In this document: positions 1-13,815 of the stretch, piece by piece
How the letters are laid out: each line of letters begins with the position of its first letter
How positions within the stretch are numbered: position 1 is the first letter of the stretch
Assembly (NCBI RefSeq): GCF_963921235.1
Contig: NC_086097.1
Coordinates: forward strand, 122,576,001 to 122,640,000
Source of the DNA: Mobula hypostoma
Lineage: Eukaryota
Length of the DNA: 64,000 bases
Direction: 5' to 3'
The notes under the pieces: model-generated
What the model saw: only the letters and a program-made list of their open reading frames with translations
The model's database searches: none
Told to the model about the DNA's origin: nothing
Program-made: the position numbers and the translations under genes

Positions 1-769
1 TATGGGCAATTATCTAGTAAAACCTTTTTATTTATAAATTTGTTTTTCAGAATGTTGGGATCACTGATAAAACTACCATTTTATTGCCCATTTAATACTG
101 CTTTTCAGAAGAGCTAATTGTTGACTTCAGGAAGGGGAAGGAGGGAAAACGTGCACCAGCCTACACTGAGGGATCAGTGGTAGAGAGGGTCAGCTGCTTT
201 AAATTTCTGGGCGTTAACATATTGGATGACCTGTCTTGGACCCAGCACATAGATGCAATCATAGAGTGGTATTGCACATCACACCTCCTGGATGGTTTAA
301 AGATATAGCAAAATATTTTTCATAATTCTGGATACCCAGCCTATGAACTTTCTTGTAGCCATGGTACTTGTAGAGTTACCCAGCATAGAAACAGATGCTA
401 CAATCTACCAATTTTGCCAGCAAGCATTCATTTACACTAATCCTACAGTTATCCCATTCTCCACATATTCCCAACTGGGAGACAATAAAAATGCTAATAT
501 ATGTGACAGTTCAACTTGAGTTACCAGACAATGGTGATCCCCATAAAGTTAGTTGATGGTGAGATTTGGTGATATTATTGGCTTTTAATATCAAAGGTAG
601 GTTCCAGAACTCTTCAGATGTGAATGGACATTGCCAGTTTCTACTGTTACCTGCCATGTATCATTCAGGACATGAATGCTGCCTTGGCCTTCCTTCATGC
701 AGGCACGGGCTGTTTCATCTTCTGAATGGAATGTTATACAACCTTCAGAAAATGTCCTCACTTCTGATC

Positions 770-3700
770 TGATGATAAAATGAGCAGATATTGATGAAAC
801 AGTTGATATTCTGAAAAGGGAGGGTAAGCAACCAGAAGTTGTGGTACATATTGGTACAAACGACATAGGTAGAAAAAGAGAGGATGTCCTGAAAGCACAA
901 TACAGGGAATTAGAAAGGAAGCTGAGAAGCAGGACTTCAAGGTAGTAATCTCAGGATTGCTGCCTGTGCCACGCGACAGTGAGGATAAGAATAGAATGAG
1001 GTGGCAGATAAATGCGTGGATAAAAAACTGGAATAGGGGCCTGGGATTCAGATTTCTGGACAATTGGGAGCTCTTCTGGGGCAGGTGGGACCTTCACAAA
1101 AGAGATTGGTTGCACTTGAACCCGAGGGGGGCCAATATCCTTGTGGACAGGTTGAGTAGCACTGTTGGGAGTTTTTTAAACTAATATGGCAAGTATCATA
1201 GATCTGCTGATGAGCCAGCAGGTTTACTACCAGATGATGGATATAACATGAATGTAAGGATGGACAAGTCAGTGACTGGGCACAAATGCAGACAGAGCAA
1301 AGAGTTAAATTGTACCACAGAGGTAAAATTCAAAAGGGCAAAGAATTCTGGACTGAAGATGCTATATTTAAATGCATGCAGCATTCAGAATAAGGTGGAT
1401 GAACTTGTGGTGCAATTAGAGATTGGTATGATGTTGTGGGCATCACTGAGTTGTGGCTGAAAGAAGGCCATAGTTGGGAGCTTAACATCAAAGGATATAC
1501 TTTGTATTGAAAGGACAGGCAGGAAGGCATAGGCAGTGGTGTGGGTCTGTTGGTAAGAGATCTTTTGAAAGAGGTGACATAGGGTCAGAGAATGTTTAAT
1601 CTTTGCAGGTGGAGTTATGAAACTGAAAGGGTAGAAGAACCATTATGGGAGTCATATCCAGGCCTCCAAATAGTAACCAAGATGTGGGGTTTAGATTGCA
1701 AAGGGAGCTGGATAAGGCATGTAGCAAAGATAATGACACAGTTATAATGACACAATTATAATGGGGGACTTCAATATGCAAGGGGACTGGGAAAATCAGG
1801 GTGGTGTTGGATTGCAAAGGAGGGAATTTGTTGAATGCCTACAATACAGCTTTTTAGAGCAGCTTGTGCTTGAGTCTACTTGGGGAAAGGCTATCTTAGA
1901 TTGGGTGTTGTGTAATAACTCAGATCCTATTAGGGGGCTTAACGTAAAGGAACCTTTTGGAGACGGTGATCATAATATGATTGAATTCATACTGCAACTG
2001 GAGAGGAAGCAGCATGTCACATATATCAATATCACAATGGAATAAAAAGAATTACAGAGGCATGAGAGAGGAGTTTGCCCAGGTGGATTGGAGGAGGATA
2101 CTGCTGGGGATGACGACAGAGCAGAGGTGGCTGAAATTTCTGGGAATAGTTCACAAGCTGCAGATAAATATGTCCCACAGAGGAAGAAGTTCTCAAATAG
2201 CAGGGGTAGGCAAAGGAAGTTAAGCACTACATAAAAGCCAAGGAGAGGGTATATAAGGAAGCAAAAGCTTTTGAGATTAACAAAAGGCAAATAAAAATGC
2301 TATAAGACAGGAAAAGATGCAATATGACGGTGAAATAAACAATAATATAAAGCAGTTATATAAAGAGTAAAACTGAGGTGAGAATTGATATTGGACCACT
2401 GGAAAAGAATGCTGGTGAGGTAGTAATGGGAGAACAAAGAAAAGAGCAGATGAACAAAATGTATACTTTGCATCTGTTTTCACTGTGGCAGACACTAGCA
2501 GTGTGCCAGAGGTCTGTGGGTGTCAGGGAGCAGGAGTGAGTGCCATTGCTATTACAAAGGAAAAGGTGCTAGGCAAACTCAAAGGTCTTAAGGTGGATAA
2601 GTCACTTGGGCCAGAGGGACTACATCCCAGAGTCTCGAGGGAGGTTGCTGAAGAGATAGCAGTTGCATTGGTTATGATCTTTGAAGAATCACTTGATTCT
2701 GGCATGGTTCCTGGAGGGCTGGGAAATTGCAAATGTCACACCACTCTTTAAGAAAAGAGGAAGGCAAAAGAATAGAAGGTATAGGCCAATTAGCCTACCC
2801 TCAGTGGCTGGAAAAGTGTTGGAGTCTATTATTAAGGATGTGGGTTCAGGGTACTTTGAGACTAATGATAAAATAAGTCAAAGTCTGCATGGTTCCTGTA
2901 ATGGGATATGAAGATAGGTGGAGGGGTAGGTAGTGCTGAGGAAGCAATGCGATTGCAGCAGGACTTAGACAAATTGAAAGAATGGGCAAAAAAAGTGACA
3001 GATAGAATACAGAGTTGGGAAACGTATGATAATACATTTTGGTAAAAGGAACAATTGTGGGGACTATTCTCTAAATGGGGAGAAGGTTCAAACATCAGAG
3101 GTGCAAAGGGACTTAGGAGTCCTCGTAGAAGACTCTCAGAAGGTTAATTTAAAGATTGAGTCTTTGGTAAAGAAGGCAAATGCAATGTTGGCATTTATTT
3201 CAAGGGGAATAGAATATAAAAGCAAGGAGATAATGCTGCAGCTTTATAAGACACTAATCAGACAGCACTTGGAATATTGTCAATAGTTTTGGGCCCCATA
3301 TCTCAGAAAGGATGTGTTGTTATTGGAGAGATTCCAGAGGAGGTTCACAAGGATAATTCCAGGAATGAAGTGGTTAACAGGTAAGGAGCTTTTGGCAGCT
3401 TTGGGCCTGTACTCTCTGGGATTTAGAAGAATGCAGGGGGATCTCATTGAAACCTACTGATTGTTGAAAGGATTAGATAGGGTGGATGTGGAGAGGATAT
3501 TTCCTATGGTGGGGGTATCCAGAACTAGAGGGCACAGCCTCAAAGTTGAGGAGTAACATTTTAGAATAGAGGTAAGGAGGATTTTTTTTAGCCAGAGAGT
3601 AGTGAATCTGTGGATCGCTCTGCCGCAGTCTACGGTGGAAGCCAAATCCATGGGTATATCTAAGGTGGTTGATCATTTCCTGATGGGTCAGGGCATCAAA

Positions 3701-3815
3701 GGATATGGCGAGAAAGCAGGTATATTGAGTTGAGTGTGATCCAGAATCAGCCGTGGTGGAAGGGTGGAGCAGACTCGATGGGCTGAATGGCCTAATTCTG
3801 CTCCTGTGTCTATGG
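770..3815 (+). mobile_element. CR1 LINE, decayed: ORF1 esterase end, APE endonuclease and RT with an internal deletion
   Basis: Translates to QPEVVVHIGTNDIG and INAWIKNW...GFRFLDNW (SGNH esterase ORF1), LYLNACSI, MGDFN and KSLGPEGLHP, with a CR1 3' end. Sequence jumps from the HG motif to KIGG at ~2905. Many stops. Confidence 0.9.
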
Positions 3816-5171
3816 GCTTCAATTCCTATCGTTGCCTGTAAGGAGTTGTATTTTCTCCCCCTGCCCACGTGGGTTTTCTCCAGGTGCTCCAGTTTCCTCC
3901 CACTGGCAAAAGACGTAAAGGTTGGTAGGTTCAATTCGTGATTAGGCTAGGATTAAACCTGGGGATTGCTGGGTGGTGTGGCTTGAAGAGCCAGAGGGGC
4001 CAATTCTGCACTGTATCTCAATATAAAATAATGCAAGTGCAGTTCTTCCCCATAATTAATAATTAACCATTATTAAACCACAATCTATAAGAATAACACA
4101 AAATTGCTTCAAAGTATGCAATATTAATAGCAACGGGTTGTGAGGAGATCTAGATTAAAATGGTTGTCAATTAAGAGAATAACCAGTATAGTTTGATGGG
4201 CCAAATAGCATGTTCCTTTTGGTGTGACATTTTAAATTCTGATGGCAGCCTTAAGGCAAAATTAATTATATGTAAACTATAGCAGGAAGACGGTCAATAG
4301 TCGACACAAACTTTATGAATTACATTTGTTATTGCGGAGTGTCTCACAGGGCACTTGCTGAGCATCTTTCAACCGCTGGATACAGTTATCCTTTCTGAGA
4401 CTTTGGATTGTTCCAGCTGGTTGACTGCATGTCAAATGATAACCTGGAAAGGCGAAACAGGAAGTTAAAGTGAAAATACTTTAGACTATTTCACTCAGCA
4501 AAGTCAAGCCTTGTTCCCAAAAGTTTTGCAGTTACCAACGTTTGATTTATTTGATCAATTAAAGTTTACAAGTTTGACGTAAATATATTATTAAAATAAA
4601 TGTATGTCAGCATGTACTATCCTGAGGTTCATTTCCCTGCGGTCATTCACAGTAGAGCAAAGAAATACAATAGAATCAATGAAAAACTACACACAAAGGC
4701 TGACGATCAACCAATGTATAATAGAAGACAAATTAGGACCTTCTGACAACTAAACTATCGCAATTTGTGTACTTCATGGAAAAGGAGAAAGTGAAGTGCA
4801 AATGGTCTTATTCCTCGATAAATAATTAAACACCTTCAATAATTTAGCCAGTTAACTTGTAAGGAAAAGACTTTTTGTTCTTTTCTGTCAGTACAGTAAA
4901 TTTGTAATGCTGATTCATTATGTTAATAGGATAGGATATTGTGTTAGCGTATACATAATGCATTGTGCAAAGTAAATGGTTAAGGTCAAAAGAAGTACTT
5001 TGATTGCCATTATCCAGTTGATGATTAATGATTGATGTATTTGAAGCCATTTGAACTGCACATATGTTTGAGTAACATAATGTTGCTCCATTCTATTATA
5101 CTTAACATTAATGTAGAAATGTGGGAAGCAGTCAATTAAAGCCATTTCTTTGTGAAAATACTGGATACTTA

Positions 5172-5731
5172 CACACAGTAGCACTTTATTTGGTATCTCC
5201 AGTACCTAATAAAGTGGCCACCGAGTGTATGTTTGTGGTCTTCTGCTGCTGAACCTGATCCACTTCAAGGTTAGATGTGTTGTGCATTCTGAGATGCTCC
5301 TCTGCATACCACTGTTGTAACACATGATTATTTGAGTTACTGTTGCCTTCCTGTCAACTTGAACCAGTCTGGTCGTTCTCCTCTGACCTCTCCTATTAAC
5401 AAGCCCACAGAGCTGCTGCTTGCTGGATGTCTTCTATTTATTTGTACCATCCTCTGTAAACTCTAGACACTGTTGTGCATGAAACTCACACAAGATTAGC
5501 AGTTTCTTAGATAAGTTCAAACCTACCCTGTCTGGCACCAACTATCATTCCACAGTCAAAGTCAGTTAGATCACATTTTTCCCCCATTCTGATCTTTGGT
5601 CTCAACAACTGAACCTCTTGACTGTGTCTACATGATTTTATGCATTGAGTTACTGCCATATGATTGGCTGATTAGATATTTGCATTAATAAGTAGATGTG
5701 CAGGTGTACCTAATAATGTGGCTATTGAGTG
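5172..5731 (-). mobile_element. Tc1-derived non-autonomous element (family A)
   Basis: TIR cactcagtggccactttattaggtac; body homologous to a Tc1 transposase N-terminus; palindromic double TIR at 5172-5228. Confidence 0.85.
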
Positions 5732-6659
5732 TCATCTGGAACTGTGCCTGTAAGATTACTGAAATTTCAGGACAATTATATTCAACAATCATGGCTACTT
5801 GGAAATTAATTTGTTGCATGACGAGCATTTATTTGGATTTGACAGTTATACTCTTAAAAGATTCACATTTAACACAATGCCTCCAAGACTCAACTGCTTA
5901 GCTTACTGCATGTAGCCTGACAATGCCATCCATTCCAATAAACTTTGTTACAGATGATCAGAGCCACAAGTCTTTAAGTATTGAAGAGGCTATCTTTACT
6001 TCAAAGGCTAGTTTTGAGATTCACTAAAACATTAATATAAGTCAAAGTTAGCTGAAAGCACTGAGATAGATCTGCTACGTTTATTTTCATCCATTATTAG
6101 TGTCCATTATCAAAAGTGATCAAGATAATGTTATGAAGTGGGTTTTCTACAATTATAAATGCAAGCTATTCTTGGCCTTAAACATCATGTAGGTTTGGAA
6201 TAGAGTCATCATCAAGGGATCAACAGTGGACAGGGTAAGCAGTTTCAAGTTCCTGGGTGTCAACCTCTCTAAAGATCCACCCAGGGAGAACAGGGAACTC
6301 ACCAAACTCCTGTATTTTAGCATGTGTACCTCACCAAAGTAAAGCCCATTGGGAATGCTTTGTTTGCTCTGATCATGGTCAAATTGAGACCAATGTATAA
6401 AATAAACCTCGCCTTTGTTACTGACCTGAGAGCATTTGACATGCAGCAAAGCTGGGGATGGAACATTGTCTCCTGTCGCAACCTGTTCAGACACACTTAA
6501 AAGCCATTAAACATGAAGCGGATGATTTATAAAATTCTTGGCTGTGAATCCCCATTGAAATGAAAAGTTTTCCCCACACTAATCTGACTGATGGAGGATC
6601 AGAGAGGCAGACAATCCATTGTACTGCAACTAACTCAAGATCCCTGCAGTGTACTTAAT

Positions 6660-7275
6660 AATCAGAACCAGAATCAAGTTTATTATCACTGACGTATGAT
6701 GTGAACTTTGTTGTTTAGTGGCAGCAGTACGTAACAATTTACTCTAAATTACAATAAGAAATATATTTTAAAAACTAATAGCGCAAAAATGGAGCAACGT
6801 AGTGAGGACTGTTCAGAAGTTTAATGACGGAGGGGAAGAAGCTGTTCCTAAATTGTTGAGTGTGCATCCTCGGGCTCCCATACCTCCACTCTGTTGGGAG
6901 TAGTAAGAAGAGGGTATGTAAGAGTAGTAAGGGTCCTTAATGACGGATGCCGCTCTTTTGAGAAATCACACTTTGAAGATGTCCTTGATGATGGGGAGGC
7001 TCGTGCCTGTGATGGAACTGGCCGAGGCTATGACTCTGCAGGATTTTTTTTTGGATCCTGTGCAGTCCACGCCACATGGTGATGCAACCAGTCTGAGTTC
7101 TCTCCACAGTACGCCTGCAGAAATTTGCAGGAGTCTTTGGTGACGGACCAAATCTTACCAAATTCCTCACGAAGTATAGGCACTGATGTGGCTGCTTCGT
7201 GGTTGTGTCTGTATGGCAGGCCCAGCATAGATCTTCTGAGATGCTGATTGTCAAGAATTTGAAGCTGTTCACACT
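6660..7275 (-). mobile_element. Rex1/Babar- or L2-like LINE 3' fragment
   Basis: Minus ORF NSFKFL..ISEDLCW...HQCLYFVRNL resembles the Rex1 RT C-terminus; followed by a 3' UTR and short repeat tail. Confidence 0.7.
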
Positions 7276-7480
7276 TCCATTCTATTGAAATACCGCAGAA
7301 TGCAACCAGGAACCCCGTAGCACAACATTTCAAATGAAAATATGCAGACTTTTGTTATATGAATGGGACTTGTTGTGTGATATGTGTGAACTGGACGTGT
7401 GAGGACATGGCTGAATGTCTACAATTGCCACAGCAAACTTATTGGAACTATTATTTCCCTGGCCCATAACTTTCCCTGCA

Positions 7481-7778
7481 TGATCACTTTACTAGGTACC
7501 TCTAGTATCTAATAAAGTGATCAATATGTGTATGACGTGGTCTTCTGCTGCTGTAGCTCTTCCACATCAAGGTTCGATATGTGCATGCAGAGATGCTCTT
7601 CTGCACACCCCTGTTGCAACACGTGGTTATCTGAGTTACTGTTGCCTTCTTGTCAGCTTGAACCAGTCTGGCCATTCTCCTCGTCCTTGTATTGAGTTGC
7701 TGTCACATGATTGGTTGATTAGATATCTGCATTAACAAGCATATGTACAGGTGTATCTAATAAAGTGGCCACTGAGCG
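7481..7778 (-). mobile_element. Tc1-derived element family A, internally deleted
   Basis: Same TIR and body as 5172-5731; ends aagtggccactgagcg-TA. Confidence 0.8.
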
Positions 7779-7829
7779 TAGAATTTGTTGTATGATAAAG
7801 AGTAACCAAGCAGACCTTTACTCAATTAG

Positions 7830-8421
7830 TTATCAGGCAAACCGCTTCACATATAGAAGGTCTTCAGACATGTCAGTCAATAGTCTCCTCTATGGTTATG
7901 AAGAGGTTACTCTCAGATTGGAGGAGAACACCTCATATTCTATCTGAGAAGCCTTCAACCTGATGGCATGAACACTGATTCCTCTAACTTCTGGGAATTT
8001 CTTCCCTTCTCCCTTTTTCCACCTCATTCTGGCTCCTCCTTACCCCATCTCTTCTCCTCACCTCCCTCTGCTGCCCCTCTTGCTCCCCTTTTTCCCATGG
8101 TCCACTCTCCTTTCCTATCAGATTCCTTCCTTCTTCAGTCCTTTACCTCTTCCACCTATCGCCTCCCACCTTCTTACTTCATCCCTCCTCTCCCATCCAC
8201 CCACCTCCCCTGTCACCTGGTCTCATCTATCACTTGCTAGCTTGTACTCCTTTCCCTTCCCCCACATTCTTATTCTGGCTTCTCCCTTCCCCACCCTCCA
8301 CGCCCCCCGCCACCTTCTCTTCCAGTTCTGATTAAAGGTCTCGGCCCAAAACGTCGACTGCTTACTCCCTTCTATAGATGCTGCCTGACCTGCTGCATTC
8401 TTCCAGCATTTTGTGTGTGTT
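7830..8421 (+). mobile_element. Penelope-like element 3' end (GIY-YIG C-terminus plus pLTR with decayed hammerhead)
   Basis: 7870-7990 reads SLLYGYEEVTLRLEE / HLIFYLRSLQPDGMNTDSSNF (frameshifted), then a pyrimidine tract and a hammerhead-like motif at 8323-8360. The pLTR resumes at ~10463 after a CR1 insertion. Confidence 0.8.
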
Positions 8422-10458
8422 AACATAGAATAGTACAGCACATTACAGGCCCTTCAGCCCACAATGTTGTGCCGACCCTTAAACCCTGCCTCCCATAGAC
8501 CCCCCCACCTTAAATTCCTCCATATACCTGTCTAGCAGTCTCTTAAATTTCACTAGTGTATCTGCCTCCACCACTGACTCAGGCAGTGCATTCCATGCAC
8601 CAACCACTCTCTGAGTAAAAAACCTTCTTCTAATATCCCCCTTGAACTTCCCACCCCTTACCTTAAAGCCATGTCGTCTTGTATTGAGCAGTGGTGCCCT
8701 GGAGAAGAGGCACTGGCTGTCCACTCTATCTATTCCTCTTAATATCTTGTATACCTCTATCATGTCTCCTCTCATCCTCCTTCTCTTCAAAGAGTAAAGC
8801 CCTAGCTCCCTTAATCTCTGATCATAATGCATACTCTCTAAACCAGGCAGCATCCTGGTAATTCTCCTCTGTACCCTTTCCAATGCTTCCACATCCTTCC
8901 TATAGAGAGGCGACCAGAACTGGACATAGTACTCCAAGTGTGACCTAACCAGAGTTTTATAGAACTGCATCATTACCTCGCGACTCTTAAACTCTATCCC
9001 TCAACTTATGAAAGCTAACACCCCATAAGCTTTCTTAACTACCCTATCTGCCTGTGAGGCAACTTTCAGGGATCTGTGGACATGTATCCCCAGATCCCTC
9101 TGCTCCTCCAGACTACCAAGTATCCTGCCATTTACTTTGTACTCTGCCTTGGAGTTTATCCTTCCAAAGTGTACCACCTCACACTTCTCCGGGTTGAACT
9201 CCATCTGCCACTTCTCAGCCCACTTCTGCATCCTATCAATGTCCCTCTGCAATCTTCGACAATCCTCTGCACTATCTACAACACCACCAACCTTTGTGTC
9301 GTCTGCAAACTTGCCAACCCACCCTTCTACCCCCACATCCAGGTCATTAATAAAAATCACGAAAAGTAGAGATCCCAGAACAGATCCTTGTGGGACACCA
9401 CTAGTCACAATCCTCCAGTCTGAATGTACTCCCTCCACCATGACCCTCTGCTTTCTGCAGGCAAGCCAATTCTGAATACACCTGGCTAAACTTCCCTGGA
9501 TCCCATGCCTTTCAACTTTCTGAATAAGCCTACCGTGTGGAACCTTGTCAAATGCCTTACTAAAATCCATGTAAGTCACATCCACTGCACTACCCTCATC
9601 TATATGCCTTGTCACCTCCTTAAAGAACTCTATCAGGTTTGTTAGACATGACCTGCCCTTCACAAAGCTATGCTGACTGTCCCTGATCAGACCATGATTC
9701 TCTAAATGCCCATAGATCCTATCTCTAAGAATCTTTTCCAACAGCTTTCCCACCACAGATGTAAGGCTCACTGGTCTATAATTACCCGGACTATCCCTAC
9801 TACCTTTTTTGAACAATGAGACAACATTCGCCTCCCTCCAATCCTCCAGTACCATTCCCCTGGAAAACGAGGACATAAAGATCCTAGCCAGAGGCTCAGC
9901 AATCTCTTCCCTCCCCTCATGGAGCAGCCTGGGGAATATCCTGTCAGGCCCTGGGGACTTATCCATCCTAATGTATTTTAACAACTCCAACACCTCCTCT
10001 CCCTTAATATCAACATGCTCCAGAACATCAACCTCACTCATATTGTCCTCACTGTCATAAAGTTCCCTCTCATTGGTGAATACCAAAGAGAAGTATTCAT
10101 TGAGGACCTCGCTCACTTCCACAGCCTCCAGGCACATCTTCCCACCTTTATCTCTAATCGGTCCTACCTTCACTCTTGTCATCCTTTTGCTCTTCAGATA
10201 ATTGAAGAATGCCTTGGGGTTTTCCTTTACCCTACTCGCCAAGGCCACCTCATGTCCCCTTCTTGCTCTCCTCAGTCCCTTCTTAAGCTCCTTTCTTGCT
10301 ACCCTATATTCCTCAATAGACCCATCTGATCCTTGCTTCCTAAACCTCATGTATGCTGCCTTCTTCCACCTGACTAGATTTTCCACCTCACTTGTCACCC
10401 ATGGTTCCTTCACCCTACCATTCTTTATCTTCCTCACCGGGACAAATTTATCCCTAAT
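8422..10458 (-). mobile_element. Young 5'-truncated CR1 LINE, ORF2 RT region with a single in-frame stop
   Basis: ORFs 9001-10560 and 8479-8973 are in frame, split by one TGA (CGA in the sister copy). Motifs NYRPVSLTS, DFSKAFD, GVPQGSVLG and FADD; ttctatgtt tail. Confidence 0.95.
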
Positions 10459-11244
10459 GATCTGTTGATCTGGACTTCCAGCATCTGTTGAATCTCTTGC
10501 ATTTTTCAGCATGAATCTTTTTTTCCCAAATGTTGATTTCAAGAAGTTATTCTGCTTCACTCATTTCCTCATCCTCCATACTAAAATCACAGATGCATGC
10601 TTCAATTATTTCTCCTTATATCATTTAATCTCTCCTCTCATTAATGCTGTCACATAAGTCTCCTTTGCTTCTCAGTAAACTTACCCATTTCTCTGCATTT
10701 TAACATTGCCTTATTTCCCTAGCTCAGATGGAGACTCATCAATCTGAAATATCAGCCTTTTTTTCTGCACAGACGTTGCCTGTCCTTAATATTTCAATCT
10801 TGTTCCCATTTTTATCTTTAATGTTATTTACTTTTTGAAACGAGGGTACTGGATGTCATGCGCAGGAATTGAAGAACCAGCCTTAAATTAGAAACATGTC
10901 ATGAATAAATAACTGATGAAGATAAACATGGTTGTTCTGGGGTCGGTACTAAACAAGTCCCTGATGTGGGAATATGAATTTAAGTTACAAGATATTGTCA
11001 AATAATAAGCCGAGGTATGGCGGTTAAATTGGCTATGAAGAAGTCGAGTCCTCTCTCCACTATAATGATATAATAAGAAACCACAGTTAAACGAACACTG
11101 ACTGTCACAAGATTACTGATCCATCCAAAATCAGCAATTGCTGAAAATCTGATCTAAACAGAAACAATAAGCAGGTCAGGCAGGATCTGTGCAGAGAGAA
11201 AGAGAGTTAACCTTTCAAGTTAATGACATAACCCTTCTCGATGC

Positions 11245-11720
11245 AAAATTTCAGATTCAGATCTGTTGAAACATTCAATAAAATGTGTCATTTGCTTTAA
11301 CAACCAACACAAAGATGTGCTAGGGGCAGCCCATAAGATTTATTGCACATACTGGCGGCAACATAGCATGTCCACAATACTTGGAGGAGCAAAACTGAAC
11401 ATAGCAGGCGACAACAGCAGAACAAACCTCTACTCACACACAGACATACAAACAGTTCTCCAACCTCCAGACAGGTCTCCAGGTCTTCAGCCTCCAGTGG
11501 ACTCCCAGACAATGGGCTTCCGACTTTCCCAGAGGACTCCCAGACAATGGGCTTCCGACTTTCCCAGAGGACTCCCAGACTTGCACATCCAGGGCTTTAG
11601 CTATTGGGTTTAAAAATCTAGACTACCGATCGAACTCGGGCTTCAGTCTTCAGTATTGATCCCAGGATTAGCCAATGACAGGACCACAAAATATAGGCCT
11701 CGAACTCCAGACTCAGGATG
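11245..11720 (-). repeat. Unclassified SINE-like repeat (relatives at ~24490-24850, ~28990-29420, ~39900-40265)
   Basis: Shared 3' block (gttggttgtt...aaatgacacattt...actgta...aaatctgaatctgaa) in four places. Confidence 0.55.
11499..11580. repeat. 35-bp perfect tandem duplication (2.3 copies)
   Basis: Unit ggactcccagacaatgggcttccgactttcccaga. Confidence 0.9.
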
Positions 11721-12319
11721 ATGGGATTGAATTGGACGGTTTCAGGTAAACAACCATTCCAGCCTTGGAACCCACATTTCAAATCTTCAGTCTTCCTTTT
11801 CTATTCTCTCCTTATAGTTTTTGCTTTCATTTGTCCTCTATTTAAATCTCTCTGAGGCATGTCATTCATAATTCACCAGCTCATAGCATGACCTTCACCC
11901 AGCACAATGACTTGTGACGTTCAGTTTGCAAATGAACAAGAGCACCGCCACCCAGGCCATGCTCTCTCCTCACTTCTACCATTGGGCAATAGGTACCACC
12001 CAGGCCATACTCTCTTCTCGCTACTGCCAATGGGAATGAGATACAGAAGCCTTAGGTCCCACACCACCAGGAACAATTATTACCTTTCAACCATCAGGCT
12101 CCTGAACCAGCATGGATAACTTCACTCACCTCAACACTGAACTGATTCCAGAACTAATGGACTCACTTTCAAGGACTTTACAACTCAAGTTATCAACATT
12201 ATTTATACATGTATAATTTGCACAATGGTTGTTTGTCAATCTTTATACTTATGTGTAATTTTTATAAATTCTATTCTCCATCTCCCTCTCTGTCCCGCCC
12301 CCCCCGCCCCCGAGGATGA

Positions 12320-12950
12320 ACGATAACCAATGTGCAAAAGACAACAACTGTACAAAATAGAAAATGAGAAGGAAAAAAAAATAATAATAAATAAATAAGC
12401 AATAAGTATTGAGAAAATGAGTTGTAGAGTCCGTGAAACAGTGGGAGCAGTCCAGTAATGGGACAAGTGAAACTGAGGGAAGTTGTCCTCTTTGTTTCAA
12501 GAGTCTGTTGGTTGAGGGGTAATATCTGTTCCTGAATCTAGTGATGTGGATGCAGAGGCTCCTGTACCTTCTTCTTGGTGGTAGCCACAAGAAGAGAGCA
12601 TGACTTGGATGATGGGGGTCCTTGAAGATGGATGCTGCTTTCCTGAGACAGCGCTCCATGACGATGTACTCAATGGTGGGGAAGGCTTTACTTGTGATGG
12701 ACTGGGCTGTATCCATTACTTTTAGTAGGTTATTCTATTCAAGTGCATTGGTACTTACATACCGGGCCGTGAAGCAACTGGCCCGTTTACTCTCCACCGC
12801 ACATCTATAGAGGATTGTCCAAGTTTTAGATGACGATCCAAATCTTTGCAAACTTCTAAGGAAGTAGAGGCACTGCTGTGCTTTCTTTGTAGTGGCACTT
12901 ATGTGCTGGGCCCAGGACAGATCCTCTGAAATGCTAACACTGAGGAATTT
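12320..12950 (-). mobile_element. Rex1/Babar-like LINE 3' fragment
   Basis: Minus ORF AQSIT...RKAASIFKDPHHPSHALF...RRRYRSL...TRFRNRYYPSTNRLL. Confidence 0.75.
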
Positions 12951-13815
12951 AATAAAAAGACACAGGATAAAAATGGGCCTTTCTGCTCACTAACGACCCA
13001 CCAACCACTGAGCAGCTACTTTTACAACAATCTTTCCCTAATCCTCTGTATTTTCCTCACTTTCCTACAAGCACCTCCCCTCTCTAAATTTTACCACTCC
13101 TCCGGACACTGGGCGAAATTTGCAATGTTCAAGTAAACTACCGACCTGGAAGGAAGCTGGAGCACCTGGAGTAAATCCATGAGGTCAAAGGGAGACTCTG
13201 CAAACTCCACATGGACAGCAGCAGAGATCAGGGCTGAGCCACGTTGACTGGAGCTGTGAGGAAGAAGCTCTCTTGCCTGTGTCATTGTGTCGTGGACCCA
13301 GTATCAACCAGCACTTACCCTGACAATGCTCAAGCACCCCGGGTCCAAATGCAAATTGGGTCTAGGAACCCTGAGGTTTAATTGGGCAGCATGGAAGTGT
13401 AAGGGTTACAGCAATACTTCACAGTGCCAACTGTAAGATCAGCTTCTAAGGGTTAGTGCAGTGCTTTACAATGCCTTCCATAAGATTAGACCCACAACTG
13501 TCTGTAACCGTTTTTTACATTCCCCCATGACTGCATGGCTGCCTCCAGATGCCCTGGTTTCCTCCCACATTCCAGAGATGCATGGTTAGAGTTAGTGCAT
13601 TACGGACATGCTAAGTTGGTGCCAGAATCATGGCAGCACTTGTGGGCTTCCCAGCTTAATCCTTACTGATTTGATTTGATGCAAACTACGGCTTTCACTG
13701 TATATTTCAATGTACATGTGACAAATAAAGCTAATCTAATCTTTATTGATCCATCTGTCAGAATCTGGAAAACAAGGACATAAGGAAAAGCTTGGTTTCA
13801 GACTACATTCAAATA

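Noticed and set aside
9001..10560. 519-aa ORF as a host or domesticated gene
   Set aside because: It is 5'-truncated CR1 ORF2; the first ~34 codons are flanking DNA read through by chance.
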